Below are positions 1 through 11,720 of a stretch of 64,000 nt of DNA, piece after piece. Below the pieces are notes generated by a model. The model ran no database searches, was not told where the DNA came from, and saw nothing but the letters and a program-made list of their open reading frames with translations. Origin of the DNA: Eledone cirrhosa (lineage: Eukaryota); assembly GCA_964016885.1 (NCBI GenBank), contig OZ024744.1, positions 120,218,001 through 120,282,000 of the forward strand, read 5' to 3'. The position numbers were made by a program, and so were the translations under genes. Position 1 is the stretch's first letter. Each line of letters begins with the position of its first letter.

Positions 1-58
1 CAATTTAGAGATTCTTTCCTGAGATATTCTAACCACATGTCATAGTATCAGAGCTGTG

Positions 59-76
59 ATCTCTCAATTCAGAGAT
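59..76. other. 18-bp quasi-palindrome ATCTCT-C-AATT-C-AGAGAT (first full instance, repeated every monomer)
   Basis: ATCTCT is the reverse complement of AGAGAT and AATT is self-complementary, leaving a single C/C mismatch pair. Confidence 0.9.
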
Positions 77-1036
77 TCTTTCCTGAGATATTCTAACCAC
101 ATGTCATAGTATCAGATATGTGATCTCTCAATTCTGAGATTGTTTCCTGAGACATTCTAACCACATGTCATAATATTAGAGCTGTGATCTCTCAATTCAG
201 AGATTCTTTCCCGAGACATTCTTACCGCATGTAACAGTATCAGAACAGTGATCTCTCAACTTAGAGATTCTTTCCTGAGACATTCTAACCACATGTCATA
301 GTATCAGAGCTGTGATCTCTCAATTCAGAGATTCTTTCCTGAGATATTCTAACCACATGTCATAGTATCAAATATGTGATCTCTCAATTCAAAGATTCTT
401 TCCTGAGACATTCTAACCATATGTCATAGTATTAGAGCTGTGATCTCTCAATTCAGAGATTCTTTCCTGAGACATTCTAACCACATGGCATAGTATCAGA
501 TCTGTGATATCTCAATTCAGAGATTCTTTCCTGAGATATTCTAACCACATGTCATAGTATCAGAGCTGGGATCTCTCAATTCAGATATTCTTTCCTGAGA
601 CATTCTAACCACATGTCATAGGATCAGAGTTGTGATCTCTCAATTCAGAGATTCTTTCCTGAGATATTCTAACCACATGTCATATTATCAGAGCTGTGAT
701 CTCTCAATTCAGAGATTCTTTCCTGAGATATTCTAACCACATGTCATAGTATTAGAGCTGTGATCTCTCAATTCAGAGGTTCTTTCCTGAGATATTCTAA
801 CCACATGTCTGTAGTATCAGAGCTGTGATCTCTCAATTAAGAGATTCTTTCCTGGGACATTCTACCCACATGTCATAGTATCAGGGCTGTGATCTCTCAA
901 TTCAGAGATTCTTTCCTGAGACATTCTAACCACATGTCATAGTATCAGAGCTGTGATCTCTTAATTTAGAGATTCTTTCATGAGATATTTTAACCACATG
1001 TCATAGTATCAGAGCTGTGATCTCTCAATTCAGAGA

Positions 1037-4000
1037 TTCTTTCCTGAGACATTCTAACCACATGTCATAGTATCAGAGCTTTGATATCTCAATTCAGAGA
1101 TTCTTTCCTGAGATATTCTAACCACATATCATAGTATCAGATCTGTGATCTCTCAATTCAGAGATTCTTTCCTGAGACATTCTAACCACATGTCACAGTA
1201 TCAGAGCTGTGATCTCTCAATTCAGAGATTCTTTCCTCAGACATTCTAACCACATCTCATAGTATCGGAGGTGTGATCTCTCAATTCAGAGATTCTTTCC
1301 TGAGACATTCTTACCACATGTCATATTATCAGATCTGTGATCTCTCAATTCAGAGATTATTTCCTGAGATATTCTAACCACATGTCATAGTATCATAGCT
1401 GTCATCTCTCAATTCAGAGATTCTTTCCTGAGACATTCTAACCACATGTCATAGTATCAGAGCTGTGATCTCTCAATTTAGAGATTCTTTCCTGAGACAT
1501 TCCAACTCCATGTCCACAGTATCAGAGCTGTGATCTCTCAATTTAGAGATTCTTTCCTGAGATATTCTAACCACATATCATAGTATTAGAGATGTGATCT
1601 CTCAATTCAGAGATTCTTTCCTGAGACATTCTAACCACATGTCTGTAGTATCAGAGCTGTATGCTCTCAATTCAGAGATTTTTTCCTGAGACATTCTAAC
1701 CACATGTCATAGTATCAGAGCTGTGATCTCTCAATTCAGAGATTCTTTCCTGAGACATTCTAACCACATGGCATAGTATCAGATATGTGATATCTCAATT
1801 CAGAGATTCTTTCCTGAGATATTCTAACCACATGTCATAGTATCAGAGCTGGGATCTCTCAATTCAGATATTCTTTCCTGAGACATTCTAACCACATGTC
1901 ATAGGATCAGAGTTGTGATCTCTCAATTCAGAGATTCTTTCCTGAGATATTCTAACCACATGTCATATTATCAGAGCTGTGATCTCTCAATTCAGAGATT
2001 CTTTCCTGAGACATTCTAACCACATGTCTGTAGTATCAGAGCTGTGATCTCTCAATTCAGAAATTCTTTCCTGAGAAATTCTAACCACATGTCTGTAGTA
2101 TCAGAGCTGTATGCTCTCAATTCAGAGATTCTTTCCTGAGACATTCTAACCACATGTCATAGTATCAGAGCTGTTATCTCTCAATTCAGAGATTCTTTCC
2201 TGAGACATTCTAACCACATGGCATAGTATCAGAGCTGTGATATCTCAATTCAGAGATTCTTTCCTGAGATATTCTAACCACATGTCATAGTATAAGAGCT
2301 GTGATCTCTCAATTCAGATATTCTTTCCTGAGATATTCTAACCACATGTCATAGTATTAGAGCTGTGATCTCTCAATTCAGAGGTTCTTTCCTGAGACAT
2401 TCTAACCACATGTCATAGTATCAGAGCTTTGATATCTCAATTCAGAGATTCTTTCCTGAGATATTCTAACCACATATCATAGTATCAGATCTGTGATCTC
2501 TCAATTCAGAGATTCTTTCCTGAGACATTCTAACCACATGTCACAGTATCAGAGCTGTGATCTCTCAATTCAGAGATTCTTTCCTCAGACATTCTAACCA
2601 CATCTCATAGTATCGGAGGTGTGATCTCTCAATTCAGAGATTCTTTCCTGAGACATTCTTACCACATGTCATATTATCAGATCTGTGATCTCTCAATTCA
2701 GAGATTATTTCCTGAGATATTCTAACCACATGTCATAGTATCATAGCTGTCATCTCTCAATTCAGAGATTCTTTCCTGAGACATTCTAACCACATGTCAT
2801 AGTATCAGAGCTGTGATCTCTCAATTTAGAGATTCTTTCCTGAGACATTCCAACTCCATGTCCACAGTATCAGAGCTGTGATCTCTCAATTTAGAGATTC
2901 TTTCCTGAGATATTCTAACCACATATCATAGTATTAGAGATGTGATCTCTCAATTCAGAGATTCTTTCCTGAGACATTCTAACCACATGTCTGTAGTATC
3001 AGAGCTGTATGCTCTCAATTCAGAGATTTTTTCCTGAGACATTCTAACCACATGTCATAGTATCAGAGCTGTGATCTCTCAATTCAGAGATTCTTTCCTG
3101 AGACATTCTAACCACATGGCATAGTATCAGATATGTGATATCTCAATTCAGAGATTCTTTCCTGAGATATTCTAACCACATGTCATAGTATCAGAGCTGG
3201 GATCTCTCAATTCAGATATTCTTTCCTGAGACATTCTAACCACATGTCATAGGATCAGAGTTGTGATCTCTCAATTCAGAGATTCTTTCCTGAGATATTC
3301 TAACCACATGTCATATTATCAGAGCTGTGATCTCTCAATTCAGAGATTCTTTCCTGAGACATTCTAACCACATGTCTGTATTATCAGAGCTGTGATCTCT
3401 CAATTCAGAAATTCTTTCCTGAGAAATTCTAACCACATGTCTGTAGTATCAGAGCTGTATGCTCTCAATTCAGAGATTCTTTCCTGAGACATTCTAACCA
3501 CATGTCATAGTATCAGAGCTGTTATCTCTCAATTCAGAGATTCTTTCCTGAGACATTCTAACCACATGGCATAGTATCAGAGCTGTGATATCTCAATTCA
3601 GAGATTCTTTCCTGAGATATTCTAACCACATGTCATAGTATAAGAGCTGTGATCTCTCAATTCAGATATTCTTTCCTGAGATATTCTAACCACATGTCAT
3701 AGTATTAGAGCTGTGATCTCTCAATTCAGAGGTTCTTTCCTGAGACATTCTAACCACATGTCATAGTATCAGAGCTTTGATATCTCAATTCAGAGATTCT
3801 TTCCTGAGATATTCTAACCACATATCATAGTATCAGATCTGTGATCTCTCAATTCAGAGATTCTTTCCTGAGACATTCTAACCACATGTCACAGTATCAG
3901 AGCTGTGATCTCTCAATTCAGAGATTCTTTCCTCAGACATTCTAACCACATCTCATAGTATCGGAGCTGTGATCTCTCAATTCAGAGATTCTTTCCTGAG

Positions 4001-4146
4001 ACATTCTTACCACATGTCATATTATCAGATCTGTGATCTCTCAATTCAGAGATTATTTCCTGAGATATTCTAACCACATGTCATAGTATCATAGCTGTCA
4101 TCTCTCAATTCAGAGATTCTTTCCTGAGACATTCTAACCACATGTC
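1037..4146 (+). repeat. Higher-order tandem duplication, 1348-bp period (21 monomers), about 2.3 copies
   Basis: Marker variants recur at +1348: GATATC of ctttGATATC at 1083/2431/3779, TCGGAGGTG at 1265/2613, TCCAACTCCATG at 1501/2849. Confidence 0.9.
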
Positions 4147-5739
4147 TGTAGCATCAGAGCTGTATGCTCTCAATTCAGAGATTTTTTCCTGAGACATTCT
4201 AACCACATGTCATAGTATCAGAGCTGTGATCTCTCAATTCAGAGATTCTTTCCTGAGACATTCTAACCACATGTCTGTAGTATCAGAGCTGTGATCTCTC
4301 AATTCAGAAATTCTTTCCTGAGAAATTCTAACCACATGTCTGTAGTATCAGAGCTGTATGCTCTCAATTCAGAGATTCTTTCCTGAGACATTCTAACCAC
4401 ATGTCATAGTATCAGGGCTGTTATCTCTCAATTCAGAGATTCTTTCCTGAGACATTCTAACCACATGGCATATTATCAGAGCTGTGATGTCTCAATTAAG
4501 AGATACTTTCCTGAGATATTCTAACCACATGTCATAGTATAAGAGCTGTGATCTCTCAATTCAGATATTCTTTCCTGAGATATTCTAACCACATGTCATA
4601 GTATTAGAGCTGTGATCTCTCAATTCAGAGGTTCTTTCCTGAGACATTCTAACCACATGTCTGTAGTATCAGAGCTGTGATCTCTCAATTAAGAGATTCT
4701 TTCCTGGGACATTCTAACCACATGTCATATTATCAGGGCTGTGATCTCTCAATTCAGAGATTCTTTCCTGAGACATTCTAACCACATGTCATAGTATCAG
4801 AGCTGTGATCTCTTAATTTAGAGATTCTTTCATGAGATATTCTAACCACATGTCATAGTATCAGAGCTGTGATCTCTCAATTCAGAGATTCTTTCCTGAG
4901 ACATTCTAACCACATGTCATATTATCACAGCTGTGATCTCTCAATTCAGAGATTCTTTCCTGAGACATTCTAACCACATGTCATAGTATCAGAGCTTTGA
5001 TATCTCAATTCAGAGATTCTTTCCTGAGATATTCTAACCACATATCATAGTATCAGATCTGTGATCTCTCAATTCAGAGATTCTTTCCTGAGACATTCTA
5101 ACCACATGTCACAGTATCAGAGCTGTGATCTCTCAATTCAGAGATTCTTTCCTCAGACATTCTAACCACATCTCATAGTATCGGAGCTGTGATCTCTCAA
5201 TTCAGAGATTCTTTCCTGTGACATTCTTACCACATGTCATATTATCAGATCTGTGATCTCTCAATTCAGAGATTATGTCCTGAGATATTCTAACCACATG
5301 TCATAGTATCATAGCTGTCATCTCTCAATTCAGAGATTCTTTCCTGAGACATTCTAACCACATGTCATAGTATCAGAGCTGTGATCTCTCAATTTAGAGA
5401 TTCTTTCAAGAGATATTCTAACCACATGTCATAGTATCAGAGCTGTGATCTCTCAATTTAGAGATTCTTTCCTGAGACATTCCAACTCCATGTCCACAGT
5501 ATCAGAGCTGTGATCTCTCAATTTAGAGATTCTTTCCTGAGATATTCTAACCACATGTCATAGTATTAGAGATGTGATCTCTCAATTCAGAGATTCTTTC
5601 CTGAGACATTCTAACCACATGTCTGTAGTATCAGAGCTGTATGCTCTCAATTCAGAGATTTTTTCCTGAGACATTCTAACCACATGTCATAGTATCAGAG
5701 CTGTGATCTCTCAATTCAGAGATTCTTTCCTGAGACATT

Positions 5740-6250
5740 CTAACCACATGGCATAGTATCAGATCTGTGATATCTCAATTCAGAGATTCTTTCCTGAGAT
5801 ATTCTAACCACATGTCATAGTATCAGAGCTGGGATCTCTCAATTCAGATATTCTTTCCTTAGACATTCTAACCACATGTCATAGGATCAGAGTTGTGATC
5901 TCTCAATTCAGAGATTCTTTCCTGAGATATTCTAACCACATGTCATATTATCAGAGCTGTGATCTCTCAATTCAGAGATTCTTTCCTGAGACATACTAAC
6001 CACATGGCATAGTATCAGATCTGTGATATCTCAATTCAGAGATTCTTTCCTGAGATATTCTAACCACATGTCATAGTATCAGAGCTGGGATCTCTCAATT
6101 CAGATATTCTTTCCTTAGACATTCTAACCACATGTCATAGGATCAGAGTTGTGATCTCTCAATTCAGAGATTCTTTCCTGAGATATTCTAACCACATGTC
6201 ATATTATCAGAGCTGTGATCTCTCAATTCAGAGATTCTTTCCTGAGACAT
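5740..6250 (+). repeat. 4-monomer (256-bp) tandem duplication
   Basis: GCATAGTATCAGATCTGTGATATC at 5751/6007 and TTCCTTAGAC at 5855/6111. Confidence 0.85.
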
Positions 6251-8399
6251 TTTAACCACATGGCATAGTATCAGAGCTGTGATATCTCAATTCAGAGATT
6301 CTTTCCTGAGATATTCTAACCACATGTCATAGTATCAGAGCTGTGATATCTCAATTCAGAGATTCTTTCCTGAGATATTCTAACCACATGTCACAGTATC
6401 AGAGCTGTGATCTCTCAATTCAGATATTCTTTCCTGAGACATTCTAACCACATGTCATAGTATCAGAGCTGTGATCTCTCAATTCAGATATTCTTTCCTG
6501 AGACATTAAAGCCACATGTCATAGGATCAGAGTTGTGATCTCTCAATTCAGAGATTCTTTCCTGAGATATTGTAAACACATGTCATATTATCAGAGCTGT
6601 GATCTCTCAATTCAGGGATTCTTTCCTGAGATATAGAATATGTCACATGTCATATTATCAGAGCTGTCATCTCTCAATTCAGATATTCTTTCCTGAGACA
6701 TTCTAACCACATGTCATATTATCAGAGTTGTGATATCTCAATTCAGAGATTCTTTCCTGAGACATTCTAACCACATGTCTGTAGTATCAGAGCTGTGATC
6801 TCTCAGTTCAGAGATTCTTTGCTGAGACATTCTAACCACATGTCATAGTATCAGAGCTGTGATCTCTCAATTCAGAGATTCTTCCCTGAGACATTCTAAC
6901 CACATGTCATAGTATCAGAGCTGTGATCTCTCAATTCAGAGATTCTTTCCTGAGACATTCTAACCACATATCATAGTATCAGAGCTGTCATCTCTCAATT
7001 CAGAGATTCGTTCCTGAGACATTCTAACCACATGTCATAGTATCAGAGCTGTGATCTCTCAATTTAGAGATTCTTTCATGAGATATTTTAACCCCATGTC
7101 ATAGTATCAGAGCTGTGATCTCTCAATTTAGAGATTCTTTCATGAGATATTCTAACCACATGTCATAATATCAGAACAATGATCTCTCAATTCAGAGATT
7201 CTTTCCTGAGACATTCTAACCACATGTCTGTAGTATCAGAGCTGTGATCTCTCAATTCAGAGATTCTTTCCTGATACATTCTTACCACATGTCATAATAT
7301 CAGGGCTGTGATCTCTCAATTCAGAGATTCTTTCCTGAGACATTCTAAGCACGTCATAGTATCAGAGCTGTGATATCTCAATTCAGAGATTCTTTCCTGA
7401 GACATTCTAATCACGTGTCATTATATCAGAGCTGTGATCTCTCAATTTAGATATTCTTTCCTGAGATATTCTAACCACATATCATAGTATTAGAGCTGTG
7501 ATCTCTCAATTCAGAGGTTCTTTCCTGAGACATTCTAACCACATGTCTGTAGTATCAGAGCTGTGACCTCTCAAGTCAGAGATTCTTTCCTGGGACATTC
7601 TAACCACATGTCATAGTATCAGAGCTGTGATCTCTTAATTTAGAGATTCTTTCATGAGATATTCTAAGCACATGTCATAGTATCAGAACTGTGATCTCTC
7701 AATTCAGAGATTCTTTCCTCAGACATTCTAACCACATGTCATAGTATCAGAGCTGTGATCTCTCAATTCAGAGATTCTTTCCTGAGACATTGTAACCACA
7801 TGTCATAGTATAAGAGCTTTGGTATCTCAATTCAGAGATTCTTTCCTGAGATATTCTAACCACATGTCATAGTATAAGAGATGTCATCTCTCAATTCAGA
7901 GATTCTTTCCTGCGACATTCTAACCACATGTCATAGTATCAGAGCTGTGATCTCTTAATTTAGAGATTCTTTCATGAGATATTCTAACCACATGTCATAG
8001 TATCAGATCTGTGATCTCTCAATTCAGAGATTCATTCCTGAGACATTCTAACCAGATGTCATAGTATTAGAGCTGTGATCTCTCAATTCAGAGATTCTTT
8101 CCTGAGACATTCTAACCACATGTCACAGTATCAGAGCTGTGATCTCTCAATTCAGAGATTCTTTCCTCAGATATTCTAACCACATGTCATAGTATTAGAG
8201 ATGTGATCTCTCAATTCAGAGATTCTTTCCTGAGACATTCTAACCACATGACTGTAGTATCAGAGCTGTATGCTGTCAATTCAGAGATTCTTTCCTGAGA
8301 CATTCTAACCACATGTCATAGTATCAGAACTGTTATCTCTCAATTCAGAGATTCTTTCCTGAGAAATTCTAACCACATGTCATAGTATCAGAGCTGTGA

Positions 8400-11300
8400 T
8401 ATCTCAATTCAGAGATTCTTTCCTGAGATATTCTAACCACATGTCATAGTATCAGAGCTGTGATCTCTCAATTCAGATATTCTTTCCTGAAACATTCTAA
8501 CCACATGTCATAGGAACAGAGTTGTGATCTCTCAATTAAGAGATTCTATCCTGAGATATTCTAACCACATGTCATAGTATCAGAGCTGTGATCTCTCAAT
8601 TCAGAGATTCTTTCCTGAGACATTCTAACCACATGTCTGTAGTATCAGGGCTGTGATCTCTCAATTCAGAGATTCTTTCCTGAGACATTCTAACCACATG
8701 TCACAGTATCAGAGCTGTGATCTCTCAATGCAGAGATTCTTTCCTGGGATATTCTAACCACATGTCATAGTATCAGAGCTGTGATCTCTCAATTCAGAGA
8801 TTCTTTCCTGAGACATTCTAACCACATGTCATAGTATCAGAGCTGTGATATCTCAATACAGAGATTCTTTCCTGAGGTATTCTAACAACATGTCATAGGA
8901 TCAGAGTTGTGATCTCTCAATTCAGAGATTCTTTCCTGAGATATTCTAACCACATGTCATAGTATCAGAGTTGTGATCTCCCAATTCAGAGATTCTTTCC
9001 TGGGATATTCTAACCACATGTCATATTATCAGAGCTGTGATCTCTCAATTCAGATATTCTTTCCTGAGACATTCTAACCACATGTCATATTATCAGATTT
9101 GTGATCTCTCAATTCAGTGATTCTTTCCTGAGATATTCTAACGAAATGTCATAGTATCAGAACTGTGATCTCTCAATTCAGAGATTCTTTCCTGAGACAT
9201 TCTTACCACATGTCATAGTATCAGATCTGTGATCTCTCAATTTAGAGATTCTTTCCTGAGACATTCTAACCACATGTCATAGTATCAGAACTGTGATTTC
9301 TCAATTCAGAGATTCTATCCTGAGACATTTTAACCACACGTCATCGTATCAGAGCTGTTCTCTCTAAATTTAGAGATTCTTCTCATGAGATATTATAACC
9401 ACATGTCATAGTATCAGAGCTGTGATCTCTCAATTCAGAGATTCTTTCCTGAGACATTCTAAGCTCGTCATAGTATCAGAGCTGTGATCTCTCAATTCAG
9501 AGATTCTTCCCTGAGACATTCTAACCACATGTCTGTAGTATCAGAGCTGTATGCTCTCAATTGAGAGATTCTTTCCTGAGACATTCTAACCTCATGTCAT
9601 AGTATCGGAGCTGTGATCTCTCAATTCAGAGATTCTTTCCTGAGACATTCTAACCACATGTCACAGTATCAGAGCTGTGATCTCTCAATTCAGAGATTCT
9701 TTCCTCAGATATTCTAACCACATGTCATAGTATTAGAGATGTGATCTCTCAATTCAGAGATTCTTCCCTGAGACATTCTAACCACATGTCTGTAGTATCA
9801 GAGCTGTATGCTCTCAATTGAGAGATTCTTTCCTGAGACATTCTAACCACATGTCATAGTATCGGAGCTGTGATCTCTCAATTCAGAGATTCTTTCCTGA
9901 GACATTCTAACCACATGTCATAGTATCAGAGCTGTGATCTCTCAATTCAGAGATTCTTTCCTGAGACATTCTAACCACGTCATAGTATCAGAGCTGTGAT
10001 ATATCAATTCAGAGATTCTTTCCTGACACATTCTAACCACATGTCATAGTATCAGAGCTGTGATCTCTCAATTTAGATATTCTTTCCGGAGATATTCTAA
10101 CCACATGTCATAGTATTAGAGCTGTGATCTCTCAATTGAGAGATTCTTTCCTGAGACATTCTAACCACATGTCATAGTATCAGAGCTGTGATCTCTTAAT
10201 TTAGAGATTCTTTCATGAGATATTCTAACCACATGTCATAGTATCAGATCTGTGATCTCTCAATTCAGAGATTCATTCCTGAGACATTCTAACCACATGT
10301 CATAGTATTAGAGCTGTGATCTCTCAATTCAGAGATTCTTTCCTGAGACATTCTAACCACATGTCACAGTATCAGAGCTGTGATCTCTCAATTCAGAGAT
10401 TCTTTCCTCAGATATTCTAACCACATGTCATAGTATCAGATCTGTGATCTCTCAATTCAGAGATTCTTTCCTGAGACAGTCTAACCACATGTCATAGTAT
10501 TAGAGCTGTGATCTCTCAATTCAGAGATTCTTTCCTGAGACATTCTAACCACTTGTCATAGTATCAGAGCTGTTATCTCTCAATTCAGAGATTCTTTCCT
10601 GAGACATTCTAACCACATGGCATAGTATCAGAGCTGTGATATCTCAATTCAGAGATTCTTTCCTGAGATATTCTAACCACATGTCATAGTATCAGAGCTG
10701 TGATCTCTCAATTCAGAGATTCTTTCCTGAGACATTCTAACCACATGTCTGTAGTATCAGGGCTGTGATATCTCAATTCAGAGATTCTTTCCTGAGATAT
10801 TCTAACCACATGTCATAGTATCAGAGCTGTGATCTCTCAATTCAGAGATTCTTTCCTGAGACATTCTAACCACATGTCTGTAGTATCAGGGCTGTGATCT
10901 CTCAATTCAGAGATTCTTTCCTGAGACATTCTAACCACATGTCATAGTATCAGAGCTGTGATCTCTCAATTCAGAGATTCTTTCCTGAGACATTCTAACC
11001 ACATGTCATAGTATCAGAGCTGTGATATCTCAATACAGAGATTCTTTCCTGAGATATTCTAACCACATGTCATAGGATCAGAGTTGTGATCTCTCAATTC
11101 AGAGATTCTTTCCTGAGATATTCTAACCACATGTCATAGTTTCAGAGCTGTGATCTCCCAATTCAGAGATTCTTTGCTGGGATATTCTAACCACATGTCA
11201 TATTATCAGAGCTGTGATCTCTCAATTCAGATATTCTTTCCTGAGATATTCTAACGAAATGTCATAGTATCAGAGCTGTGATCTCTCAATTCAGAGATTC

Positions 11301-11720
11301 TTTCCTGAGACATTCTTACCACATGTCATAGTATCAGTTCTGTGATCTCTCAATTTAGAGATTCTTTCCTGAGACATTCTAACCACATTTCATAGTATCA
11401 GAACTGTGATTTCTCAATTCAGAGATTCTATCCTGAGACATTTTAACCACACGTCATAGTATCAGAGCTGTTCTCTCTAAATTTAGAGATTCTTCTCATG
11501 AGATATTATAACCACATGTCATAGTATCAGAGCTGTGATCTCTCAATTCAGAGATTCTTTCCTGAGAAATTCTAACCATATGTCATAGTATTAGAGCTGT
11601 GATCTCTCAATTCAGAGATTCTTCACTGAGACATTCTAACCACATGTCTGTAGTATCAGAGCTGTATGCTCTCAATTGAGAGATTCTTTCCTGAGACATT
11701 CTAACCACATGTCATAGTAT
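8400..11720 (+). repeat. Older, diverged block duplication with offset about 2113 bp (33 monomers)
   Basis: Rare variants ACGAAATGTC at 9141/11254 and TCTCTAAATTTAGAGATTCTTCTCATG at 9361/11474. The copies differ by several SNVs and whole-monomer indels. Confidence 0.75.

Noticed and set aside
14-45. Transcription-factor motifs: E-box CACATG, p53-like ACATGT, STAT-like TTCCTGAGA(A), HSE-like TTC runs
   Set aside because: These are short or imperfect matches expected by chance. The p53 flanks and HSE spacing do not fit, and STAT6 spacing occurs only in a minor variant. No regulatory role can be supported from sequence alone.
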